Below the pieces are notes generated by a model. It had not been told where the DNA came from, made no database searches, and was given only the letters and a program-made list of their open reading frames with translations. From the NCBI RefSeq assembly GCF_044324785.1, contig NZ_CP172127.1: a stretch of 64,000 bases of DNA; one strand, 5' to 3'. Positions 1-9,332 of this stretch are shown here, in pieces. How positions within the stretch are numbered: the stretch's first letter is position 1; each line of letters begins with the position of its first letter. Source of the stretch: Escherichia coli. GTDB lineage: Bacteria > Pseudomonadota > Gammaproteobacteria > Enterobacterales > Enterobacteriaceae. The translations under genes and the position numbers were made by a program.

Positions 1-57
1 CAGTTTCGCGAAATGAAACTGATGCGTAACCCGGGGTGTGAGGTGTGTGGGCAGTAA
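1..57 (+). CDS. moeB: MoeB (molybdopterin-synthase adenylyltransferase), 3-prime end only
   Basis: In-frame translation QFREMKLMRNPGCEVCGQ then TAA at 55-57 matches the MoeB C-terminus as I recall it; K-12 gene order places moeB next to fsaA. Confidence 0.7.
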   Translation, partial: QFREMKLMRNPGCEVCGQ

Positions 58-130
58 TTGCCACCTCAGGCCAGATAAGACGTAGCAGGCATCGGTGCAC
101 TCCGCCACGTCATCAGCAATTTATGAAGAT

Positions 131-160
131 GCAGAACGTCCGGTTAAATCGACGTTCTGC
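131..160. terminator. 10-bp inverted repeat (gcagaacgtc...gacgttctgc) between convergent moeB and fsaA; overlaps the fsaA stop codon
   Basis: Inverted repeat read directly from the sequence; no strong U-tract on either side. Confidence 0.35.
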
Positions 161-806
161 CAAACGCTCCCAGCCAGTCCTGTTCAAACTTCGCCACAGC
201 GGCATCAACCGCCGGATAGCTAATCATCTGTTGTGCCACATCCAGCGGCAGAGTAATTGATTCACACCCTGCCAGTAAGCAGTCCAGCGCCTGACGCGGG
301 GTTTTGAAACTCGCGGCTAACACTTTCGCCTGCGGCGCATGCATTTTCAATAACTGGTGTAAGTCGGTCACAGTCTGAATACCGCTACCGCCCTGAGCAT
401 CAATACGATTAACGTAAGGCGCAACATATTCCGCACCTGCCAGCGCCGACAGCAGCCCTTGTGCTGCGCCATATACCGCGGTTCCCAGCGTCGGAATCCC
501 TTCCGCTTTTAACATCTTAATAGCTGCCAGCCCCTCGGCGGTCACCGGAACTTTCACCACGATATCCGCAATAATAGAACGCAATTTACGTGCGTCATTC
601 ACCATCCCTTCAGCAGTGGTAGCCATTACCTGGGCAAACAGACGCCCCTGACCGCCCATCGCTTCATGAAGTTCCGGAAGCACAACCTCCAGCGGTTTTT
701 TACCCGCGGCGATAATGCTTGGGTTAGTGGTCACACCCGCCAGCGGAAAAATACGTGACAGCGCCTTCACCGCAACAACGTCTGAAGTATCCAGATACAG
801 TTCCAT
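144..806 (-). CDS. fsaA: fructose-6-phosphate aldolase 1
   Basis: ORF 144..878 (-); internal start [10 protein letters not shown] at 806 gives 220 aa; transaldolase-like sequence recognised as FsaA. Confidence 0.9.
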   Translation of the reverse strand: MELYLDTSDVVAVKALSRIFPLAGVTTNPSIIAAGKKPLEVVLPELHEAMGGQGRLFAQVMATTAEGMVNDARKLRSIIADIVVKVPVTAEGLAAIKMLKAEGIPTLGTAVYGAAQGLLSALAGAEYVAPYVNRIDAQGGSGIQTVTDLHQLLKMHAPQAKVLAASFKTPRQALDCLLAGCESITLPLDVAQQMISYPAVDAAVAKFEQDWLGAFGRTSI

Positions 807-936
807 AACCATCCTCAAAATGTACTTTTTGTCTGAATGTAGACTATCACGGGAAAACTCTCTGAACAGTTGACGCACATCAATCTAACTTTCATTCGAA
901 AGTATTTTAATGTTTGAACGAAACAGAGAGGCAACT

Positions 937-1836
937 ATGATTTTCAATATTCAGCGCTACTCGACCCATGATGGCCCCGGTATCCGCACGGTCGTATTTC
1001 TTAAAGGCTGTTCGCTGGGCTGCCGCTGGTGTCAGAACCCGGAAAGCCGCGCCCGCACGCAGGATCTGCTGTATGACGCACGTCTGTGTCTGGAAGGCTG
1101 CGAGCTGTGCGCTAAGGCCGCGCCGGAAGTGATTGAGCGCGCGCTGAATGGCTTGCTTATTCATCGGGAAAAGTTAACCCCGGAGCATCTGACAGCGTTA
1201 ACCGACTGCTGCCCGACACAGGCGTTAACCGTATGTGGTGAAGTGAAAAGCGTTGAGGAGATAATGAAGACCGTTCTGCGCGATAAACCGTTTTACGATC
1301 GCAGCGGCGGCGGCTTAACGCTTTCTGGCGGTGAACCCTTTATGCAGCCGGAAATGGCGATGGCGCTACTGCAAGCCAGCCACGAGGCCGGCATTCATAC
1401 TGCGGTAGAAACCTGTCTGCATGTGCCGTGGAAATATATCACCCCTTCTCTGCCCTATATCGATCTGTTTCTTGCCGATTTAAAACACGTTGCCGACGCA
1501 CCGTTTAAACAGTGGACCGACGGTAATGCCGCCAGGGTGCTGGATAACCTGAAAAAACTCGCCGCAGCGGGCAAAAAAATCATTATCCGCGTGCCGCTGA
1601 TTCAGGGCTTTAATGCCGACGAAACCTCTGTAAAAGCCATTACCGATTTTGCCGCCGACGAGCTGCACGTTGGCGAAATTCATTTCCTGCCCTACCACAC
1701 GCTGGGCATCAACAAATATCACTTACTTAATCTGCCCTATGACGCCCCGGAAAAACCGCTTGATGCGCCAGAACTGCTCGACTTTGCCCAGCAGTATGCC
1801 TGCCAGAAAGGGTTAACCGCGACCTTACGAGGATAA
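937..1836 (+). CDS. ybiY: glycyl-radical enzyme activating enzyme (radical SAM, PflA-like)
   Basis: ORF 910..1836; ATG at 937 has GAGAGG 5 nt upstream; CxxxCxxC radical SAM motif ([14 protein letters not shown]) plus extra Cys clusters. Confidence 0.85.
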   Translation: MIFNIQRYSTHDGPGIRTVVFLKGCSLGCRWCQNPESRARTQDLLYDARLCLEGCELCAKAAPEVIERALNGLLIHREKLTPEHLTALTDCCPTQALTVCGEVKSVEEIMKTVLRDKPFYDRSGGGLTLSGGEPFMQPEMAMALLQASHEAGIHTAVETCLHVPWKYITPSLPYIDLFLADLKHVADAPFKQWTDGNAARVLDNLKKLAAAGKKIIIRVPLIQGFNADETSVKAITDFAADELHVGEIHFLPYHTLGINKYHLLNLPYDAPEKPLDAPELLDFAQQYACQKGLTATLRG

Positions 1837-1841
1837 CAACC

Positions 1842-4274
1842 ATGACCACACTGAAACTGGATACGCTCAGCGACCGCATTAAAGCGCACAAAAATGCGCT
1901 GGTGCATATTGTGAAACCGCCGGTCTGTACCGAGCGCGCGCAGCACTATACTGAGATGTATCAACAACATCTCGATAAGCCGATCCCGGTACGTCGCGCG
2001 CTGGCGCTGGCGCATCACCTGGCGAATCGCACCATCTGGATCAAGCACGATGAGTTGATCATTGGCAACCAGGCAAGCGAAGTTCGCGCCGCGCCGATCT
2101 TCCCGGAATATACCGTCTCCTGGATCGAAAAAGAGATTGATGATCTGGCGGATCGTCCGGGTGCTGGTTTTGCGGTGAGCGAAGAGAACAAACGTGTTCT
2201 GCATGAAGTGTGCCCTTGGTGGCGCGGTCAGACGGTACAGGATCGCTGCTACGGCATGTTTACCGATGAGCAAAAAGGTCTGCTGGCGACCGGAATCATT
2301 AAAGCGGAAGGCAATATGACCTCCGGCGATGCGCACCTGGCGGTGAATTTCCCGCTACTGCTGGAAAAAGGTCTTGATGGTCTGCGCGAGAAAGTAGCGG
2401 AACGTCGCTCGCGCATCAACCTGACGGTGCTGGAAGATTTGCACGGCGAGCAGTTCCTGAAAGCGATTGATATCGTGCTGGTGGCAGTCAGTGAACACAT
2501 TGAACGTTTCGCTGCCCTGGCGCGTGAAATGGCAGCCACTGAAACCCGCGAAAGCCGTCGCGATGAACTGCTGGCGATAGCAGAAAACTGCGATCTTATC
2601 GCCCACCAGCCGCCGCAGACTTTCTGGCAGGCGCTGCAACTGTGCTACTTCATCCAGTTGATTTTGCAGATCGAATCTAACGGTCACTCGGTATCGTTTG
2701 GTCGTATGGACCAGTATCTCTACCCGTACTATCGCCGCGACGTTGAACTGAACCAGACACTGGATCGTGAACACGCCATCGAGATGCTGCATAGCTGCTG
2801 GTTAAAATTGCTGGAAGTGAACAAAATCCGCTCCGGCTCGCACTCGAAAGCCTCTGCGGGAAGTCCGCTGTATCAGAACGTCACCATTGGCGGACAAAAT
2901 CTGGTTGATGGTCAACCAATGGACGCGGTGAATCCACTCTCTTACGCGATCCTCGAATCCTGCGGTCGCCTGCGTTCTACTCAGCCTAACCTCAGCGTGC
3001 GTTACCATGCAGGAATGAGCAACGATTTCCTCGACGCCTGCGTACAGGTGATCCGCTGCGGCTTCGGGATGCCGGCGTTCAACAACGACGAAATCGTCAT
3101 CCCGGAATTTATTAAACTCGGTATTGAACCGCAGGACGCTTACGACTATGCAGCGATTGGTTGTATCGAAACCGCCGTCGGTGGCAAATGGGGCTATCGC
3201 TGTACCGGCATGAGCTTTATCAACTTCGCCCGCGTGATGCTGGCGGCGCTGGAAGGCGGGCGTGATGCCACCAGCGGCAAAGTGTTCCTGCCACAAGAAA
3301 AAGCGTTGTCAGCGGGTAACTTCAACAACTTCGATGAAGTAATGGACGCATGGGATACGCAAATCCGTTACTACACGCGTAAATCAATCGAAATCGAATA
3401 TGTCGTCGACACCATGCTGGAAGAGAACGTACACGATATTCTCTGCTCGGCGCTGGTGGATGACTGTATTGAGCGAGCGAAAAGTATCAAGCAAGGCGGC
3501 GCTAAATATGACTGGGTTTCTGGCCTGCAGGTCGGCATTGCTAACCTCGGCAACAGCCTGGCGGCAGTGAAGAAACTGGTATTTGAACAGGGCGCGATTG
3601 GTCAGCAACAGCTGGCTGCCGCACTGGCGGATGACTTCGACGGCCTGACTCACGAGCAGCTGCGTCAGCGGCTGATTAACGGTGCGCCTAAGTACGGCAA
3701 CGACGATGATACTGTCGATACGCTGCTGGCTCGCGCTTATCAGACCTATATCGACGAACTAAAACAGTACCATAACCCGCGCTATGGTCGTGGTCCGGTT
3801 GGCGGCAATTATTACGCGGGTACGTCATCTATCTCCGCTAACGTACCCTTTGGCGCGCAGACGATGGCAACGCCGGACGGGCGTAAAGCCCACACCCCGC
3901 TGGCAGAAGGCGCTAGTCCGGCCTCCGGTACTGATCATCTTGGCCCTACTGCGGTCATTGGCTCAGTGGGTAAACTGCCTACGGCCGCGATTCTCGGCGG
4001 CGTGTTGCTCAACCAGAAACTGAATCCGGCAACGCTGGAGAACGAATCTGACAAGCAGAAACTGATGATCCTGCTACGCACCTTCTTTGAAGTGCATAAA
4101 GGCTGGCATATTCAGTACAACATCGTTTCCCGCGAAACGCTGCTGGAAGCGAAAAAACATCCGGATCAGTACCGCGATCTGGTAGTGCGTGTCGCGGGTT
4201 ATTCCGCCTTCTTCACTGCGCTCTCTCCAGACGCACAGGACGATATCATCGCCCGTACTGAACATATGCTGTAA
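1842..4274 (+). CDS. ybiW: glycyl radical enzyme, pyruvate formate-lyase family (PflF/YbiW)
   Basis: 810 aa; C-terminal glycyl radical motif RVAGYSAFF; immediately downstream of its activase. Confidence 0.9.
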
Positions 4275-4419
4275 CTCTTCCGCCCGGCGGCCACCGTCGC
4301 CGGGCCAAATCATTCACATCATCAATTTCATCCTCGCTTTCATTCGAAATATAATTTGTGCTCTGCGTCACATTGTTATTACACTGTTACGGTTTCATTT
4401 TCGAGCCAGGAGCACACCT

Positions 4420-5235
4420 ATGAGCGTAAAAGTTATCGTCACAGACATGGACGGTACTTTTCTTAACGACGCCAAAACGTACAACCAACCACGTTTTATG
4501 GCGCAATATCAGGAACTGAAAAAGCGCGGCATTAAGTTCGTTGTCGCCAGCGGTAATCAGTATTACCAGCTTATTTCGTTCTTTCCTGAGCTAAAGGATG
4601 AGATCTCTTTTGTCGCGGAAAACGGCGCACTGGTTTACGAACATGGCAAGCAACTGTTCCACGGCGAACTGACCCGACATGAATCGCGGATTGTTATTGG
4701 CGAGTTGCTAAAAGATAAGCAACTCAATTTTGTCGCCTGCGGTCTGCAAAGTGCATATGTCAGCGAAAACGCCCCCGAAGCATTCGTCGCACTGATGGCA
4801 AAACACTACCATCGCCTGAAACCTGTAAAAGATTATCAGGAGATTGACGACGTACTGTTCAAGTTTTCGCTCAACCTGCCGGATGAACAAATCCCGTTAG
4901 TGATCGACAAACTGCACGTAGCGCTCGACGGCATTATGAAGCCGGTTACCAGTGGTTTTGGCTTTATCGACCTGATTATTCCTGGCCTGCATAAAGCGAA
5001 TGGTATTTCGCGGTTACTGAAACGCTGGGATCTGTCACCGCAAAATGTGGTAGCGATTGGCGACAGCGGTAACGATGCGGAGATGCTGAAAATGGCGCGT
5101 TATTCCTTTGCGATGGGCAATGCTGCGGAAAACATTAAACAAATCGCCCGTTACGCTACCGATGATAATAATCATGAAGGCGCGCTGAATGTGATTCAGG
5201 CGGTGCTGGATAACACATCCCCTTTTAACAGCTGA
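4420..5235 (+). CDS. ybiV: HAD-family sugar phosphatase
   Basis: Internal ATG at 4420 of ORF 4189..5235; N-terminal HAD motif VTDMDGTFL; 271 aa. Confidence 0.9.
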
Positions 5236-5242
5236 CCTCTCT

Positions 5243-5278
5243 ACCGGAGCTATGCGCTCCGGTTTTCCCTTCTTTTTA
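5243..5278 (+). terminator. rho-independent terminator after ybiV
   Basis: Hairpin ccggagctatgcgctccgg followed by a T-rich tract. Confidence 0.55.
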
Positions 5279-5386
5279 CATCCTTTACATCACATCAAAT
5301 CATTAAACTTCCATTAACTTATTTATAACTTATATTGTCACATGCAAATCAGCATAGTTTCGAATGAAAGTTAATGCGAGGTGGTT

Positions 5387-6652
5387 ATGGCTTCTACTTT
5401 TACCAGCGACACATTGCCTGCCGATCACAAAGCAGCTATCCGTCAGATGAAGCACGCGCTGCGGGCGCAGCTTGGCGACGTCCAGCAGATCTTTAATCAG
5501 CTAAGCGATGACATTGCCACGCGAGTGGCTGAAATCAACGCACTCAAAGCACAGGGCGATGCCGTCTGGCCGGTGCTGTCTTATGCCGATATCAAAGCAG
5601 GTCATGTTACTGCAGAGCAGCGCGAACAAATTAAACGTCGCGGTTGTGCGGTGATAAAAGGCCATTTCCCCCGCGAACAAGCGCTAGGCTGGGATCAGTC
5701 GATGCTGGACTATCTGGACCGCAACCGCTTTGACGAGGTCTACAAAGGCCCCGGCGATAATTTCTTCGGGACACTCAGCGCTTCACGTCCCGAGATTTAC
5801 CCCATCTACTGGTCGCAGGCGCAAATGCAGGCCCGCCAGAGTGAAGAAATGGCGAATGTGCAGTCGTTTCTCAATCGTCTGTGGACATTTGAAAGTGATG
5901 GAAAGCAATGGTTTAACCCGGATGTGAGCGTCATCTACCCTGACCGTATCCGCCGCCGTCCGCCCGGAACGACCTCCAAAGGTCTTGGAGCGCATACCGA
6001 CTCCGGGGCGCTGGAACGCTGGCTGCTTCCAGCGTATCAGCACGTTTTCGCCAACGTCTTTAATGGCAATCTGGCGAAATACGATCCCTGGCATGCGGCA
6101 CATCGTACGGAAGTTGAAGAGTACACGGTGGACAACACCACCAAATGTTCCGTGTTTCGGACATTCCAGGGCTGGACAGCGCTCTCTGATATGCTGCCTG
6201 GTCAGGGGTTGCTGCACGTCGTGCCCATTCCTGAAGCCATGGCGTACGTACTGTTACGTCCGCTGCTTGATGATGTGCCGGAGGATGAACTGTGCGGCGT
6301 AGCGCCCGGAAGAGTGTTGCCGGTATCAGAGCAATGGCATCCACTGTTAATTGAGGCGTTAACCAGCATTCCAAAACTCGAGGCCGGAGACTCCGTCTGG
6401 TGGCACTGCGACGTCATCCATTCCGTTGCCCCCGTTGAAAATCAACAGGGTTGGGGCAACGTGATGTACATTCCTGCGGCACCGATGTGCGAGAAAAATC
6501 TTGCCTACGCGCACAAGGTGAAGGCCGCACTGGAAAAAGGCGCATCGCCGGGCGACTTCCCGCGCGAGGACTATGAAACAAACTGGGAAGGACGCTTTAC
6601 GCTTGCCGACCTCAACATTCACGGTAAGCGAGCGTTGGGAATCGACAGCTGA
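5387..6652 (+). CDS. ybiU: DUF1479-family protein YbiU
   Basis: ORF 5381..6652; ATG at 5387 has GAGG upstream; 421 aa recognised as YbiU. Confidence 0.85.
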   Translation: MASTFTSDTLPADHKAAIRQMKHALRAQLGDVQQIFNQLSDDIATRVAEINALKAQGDAVWPVLSYADIKAGHVTAEQREQIKRRGCAVIKGHFPREQALGWDQSMLDYLDRNRFDEVYKGPGDNFFGTLSASRPEIYPIYWSQAQMQARQSEEMANVQSFLNRLWTFESDGKQWFNPDVSVIYPDRIRRRPPGTTSKGLGAHTDSGALERWLLPAYQHVFANVFNGNLAKYDPWHAAHRTEVEEYTVDNTTKCSVFRTFQGWTALSDMLPGQGLLHVVPIPEAMAYVLLRPLLDDVPEDELCGVAPGRVLPVSEQWHPLLIEALTSIPKLEAGDSVWWHCDVIHSVAPVENQQGWGNVMYIPAAPMCEKNLAYAHKVKAALEKGASPGDFPREDYETNWEGRFTLADLNIHGKRALGIDS

Positions 6653-7722
6653 GTGTCGTACAGCCCTTCCCGTTCCACGGCGGTGTTCCCTTTTCCTGGG
6701 CGAACCCGCCGCACTGACTCCCGCACCGCCAATCGTCCGTGCAGCAGCAGCGAGCCCACCGGAGCATCCGGGCGAATCAGCCGCTGTTGCAACATTTGCA
6801 CCGCTTCATTGCCTAGCTCATCGCGTGGCACATGCACAGCCGTCAGGGGAACATCCTCGATTGCCGCAAGGTTAAAGCCGTCGATACTCATCACCGAGAC
6901 ATCCTGTGGTACGCGCAGACCACGACGATGTAGCGCATTTACCGTTCCCGCCGCCATAAAATCCCCGCCGACCAGAAACGCCGTCGGCAACGTCTTGCCA
7001 TTGGCGGCATCCAGCCACGCTCCGACCTTTTCTTCCGCTTCTTTAGCGCTAAAACTGCTGATATTCAGCAAATGACGGTCATGGTGAAAGGCCAGATTAT
7101 GCTGACGCCATGATTCTTTAATCCCTGCAAACCGCTGCTCCATAGTGTAGCGGCGCAGGCACATCACATTCATCACCTCCCGGTGACCCATTTCAAACAG
7201 ATAGCGGGCGGCGAACGCGCCAATTAACCGATGGTCCGGCGCAATCGCCGGGAGGCGCATTCGTTCATCACGGCAGTTGATCAGCACACAAGGCTTAGCG
7301 AGATCGGCGGCCAGATCATGGATGTGCGGATCGTCAATCCCCAGCAGGATCGCCGCCTGCGTATCTGCTTCATTCATCCGCGAGAGAAATAGCGCGGGAT
7401 CGCTGTCAAACTCCTCCAGCGCGCAGTAACGCAGCCGCACTTCATGCGGCGATAACGCTTTGCTGATGCTCTGGATCACACGGTAATAAAAGATATCAGA
7501 TCGTTGGTCAAAAGCGCGTTGCGGCGCGAAAATAATCAGGTTGTTCAGCAACATACGACCTGCTGCCATGCCATCCATCACGCCCAACTCACGCGCGCAG
7601 GCCAGCACCTGTTCGCGAGCGCGTGCACTGGTATTCGCTTTGCCAGCCAGCACCCGCGAAACCGTACTCGGCGATAGCCCGGTACGTGCGGCGATATCGG
7701 CGATTTTCAGCTTCTTGTCCAT
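6619..7722 (-). CDS. LacI-family transcriptional regulator (accessory locus)
   Basis: ORF 6619..7800 (-); likely start MDKKLKIADIAARTGLSPSTVSRVL (HTH at N-terminus) at 7722; periplasmic-binding-protein-like core; 3-prime end overlaps ybiU by 34 bp. Confidence 0.8.
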   Translation of the reverse strand: MDKKLKIADIAARTGLSPSTVSRVLAGKANTSARAREQVLACARELGVMDGMAAGRMLLNNLIIFAPQRAFDQRSDIFYYRVIQSISKALSPHEVRLRYCALEEFDSDPALFLSRMNEADTQAAILLGIDDPHIHDLAADLAKPCVLINCRDERMRLPAIAPDHRLIGAFAARYLFEMGHREVMNVMCLRRYTMEQRFAGIKESWRQHNLAFHHDRHLLNISSFSAKEAEEKVGAWLDAANGKTLPTAFLVGGDFMAAGTVNALHRRGLRVPQDVSVMSIDGFNLAAIEDVPLTAVHVPRDELGNEAVQMLQQRLIRPDAPVGSLLLHGRLAVRESVRRVRPGKGNTAVEREGLYDTQLSIPNARLP

Positions 7723-8016
7723 TTTGTGATCTGCCTCTAATTCGGAAATGACAGAATTTTCATGAGCAAAAAAGCCCATTCTGTCTGGCATTAAATCCAT
7801 TTCAGTAATGTATATCAGTCACTCATGGAAAAACGTGCACAAAACCCGCTTTCTTTCGCTTTTAGGGTCTCTTACTGTGAATTGGTAGAACAACTTCCAT
7901 ACAAAAATAATGGAAAAACGAACAACAAAGACTTTATTTATCAAAAAGTTAAAAGTGGTGTGACAACTCCATTCTGACGTTGCCGCACAAACCCTATACC
8001 ATTCTGTGGAGTGCAT

Positions 8017-9318
8017 ATGAGTCAGGGTATCAATAACGATATGACTGCCAGTAAACCGCGCCATATCGTCAAAAATCTGCGTTGGTGGATACTGGTCCTT
8101 TTTTTGCTCGGTGTTACTGTCAACTACATCACGCGTAACTCGCTGGGTATTCTCGCCCCCGAACTGAAAAGCAGCCTGGGGATTACCACCGAACAATATT
8201 CCTGGATTGTAGGTGCTTTCCAGCTCGCCTATACCCTATTCCAACCGTTGTGCGGATGGCTGATTGACGTCATTGGCCTCAAACTGGGCTTTATGATCTG
8301 CGCGGGACTGTGGGCACTGGCCTGTCTGATGCATGCGGGGGCGGGAAACTGGGTACATCTGGCGCTGTTGCGCTTCTTTATGGGCGGTGCGGAAGCCGCA
8401 GCAACCCCAGCAAACGCCAAAACCATCGGTGAATGGTTTCCAAAATCAGAACGCCCGATCGCCGCAGGCTGGGCAGGCGTCGGTTTTTCCATCGGTGCCA
8501 TGCTGGCCCCACCGATTATCTATTTTGCCCACGCTTCATTCGGCTGGCAGGGTGCATTTATGTTCACTGGCATCCTGGCGATGCTGTGGGTCGTGCTGTG
8601 GTGGGCGTTCTATCACAGCCCGGATAAGCATCCTAACCTCAGCAAAGCCGAGCTGGACTTTATTCGCCAGGATAACGAAGCGCCCCCGGTCAAGTTACCC
8701 TTTCTGACCGCACTGAAAACCGTGGGCAAAAATAAACGCTTTTACGGTATCGCTATCCCGGCCTTTATGGCAGAACCGGCGTGGGCGGTGATGAGTTTCT
8801 GGGTTCCGCTATACCTGTCCAAAACCTATGGCATGGACCTGAAGCAGATCGCATTATTCGCCTGGTTGCCGTTCCTCGCCGCTGATCTTGGCAGTATTGC
8901 CAGCGGCTATCTGACCAAACTTTACACCCGCCTGTTTGGGCTGAGTCGTGTGAACTCCGTTGTCGCATCATCGGTCAGTGGCGCATTCCTGATGGTTTCG
9001 CTGGCGGTGATGGCCTTTACCAATAACCCGTATATCGCCATCGTCCTTATCTCCATCGGCGGCTTCGGTCACCAGATCATCTCCTGCATGCTAAGCGCAC
9101 TGGTGGTGGAATCCTTCGACAAAGGTCAGATGGCCACTGTTAACGGCATGCGCGGTTCTGCCGCGTGGATCGCAAGTTTCCTGTTCTCCCTGATAATCGG
9201 GGTTACCGCAGACAAAATCGGCTTTAACCCCCTGTTTATCGCCATGGGCTTCTTTGACCTGATTGGCGCTTTCTTCCTGGTCACCTTTATTGCTGAACGT
9301 CGCGCAAAACGCGCCTGA
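8017..9318 (+). CDS. MFS transporter, anion:cation symporter family, ExuT (hexuronate transporter)-like
   Basis: ORF 8011..9318; ATG at 8017 has GGAG 5 nt upstream; N-terminal region aligns by eye with ExuT (LRWW..TRN...QYSWI...GEWFPKSER...IGAMLAPPI). Confidence 0.8.
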   Translation: MSQGINNDMTASKPRHIVKNLRWWILVLFLLGVTVNYITRNSLGILAPELKSSLGITTEQYSWIVGAFQLAYTLFQPLCGWLIDVIGLKLGFMICAGLWALACLMHAGAGNWVHLALLRFFMGGAEAAATPANAKTIGEWFPKSERPIAAGWAGVGFSIGAMLAPPIIYFAHASFGWQGAFMFTGILAMLWVVLWWAFYHSPDKHPNLSKAELDFIRQDNEAPPVKLPFLTALKTVGKNKRFYGIAIPAFMAEPAWAVMSFWVPLYLSKTYGMDLKQIALFAWLPFLAADLGSIASGYLTKLYTRLFGLSRVNSVVASSVSGAFLMVSLAVMAFTNNPYIAIVLISIGGFGHQIISCMLSALVVESFDKGQMATVNGMRGSAAWIASFLFSLIIGVTADKIGFNPLFIAMGFFDLIGAFFLVTFIAERRAKRA

Positions 9319-9332
9319 GAGTGGATGTAAAC

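Noticed and set aside
1737-2792. Minus-strand ORFs of 199 and 145 aa (1737..2336, 2355..2792) inside ybiW
   Set aside because: They lie antisense within a well-supported 810-aa gene, lack ribosome binding sites and have low-complexity Arg/Ala-rich translations typical of frame artefacts in GC-rich coding DNA.
4189-4419. N-terminal extensions of track ORFs (for example ybiV from 4189, dps from 20399, ybiO from 23782, rlmF to 27038, moaA to 54944, bioA from 62385)
   Set aside because: Internal starts match the known mature N-termini and have better Shine-Dalgarno spacing; the extensions run through terminators or promoters.
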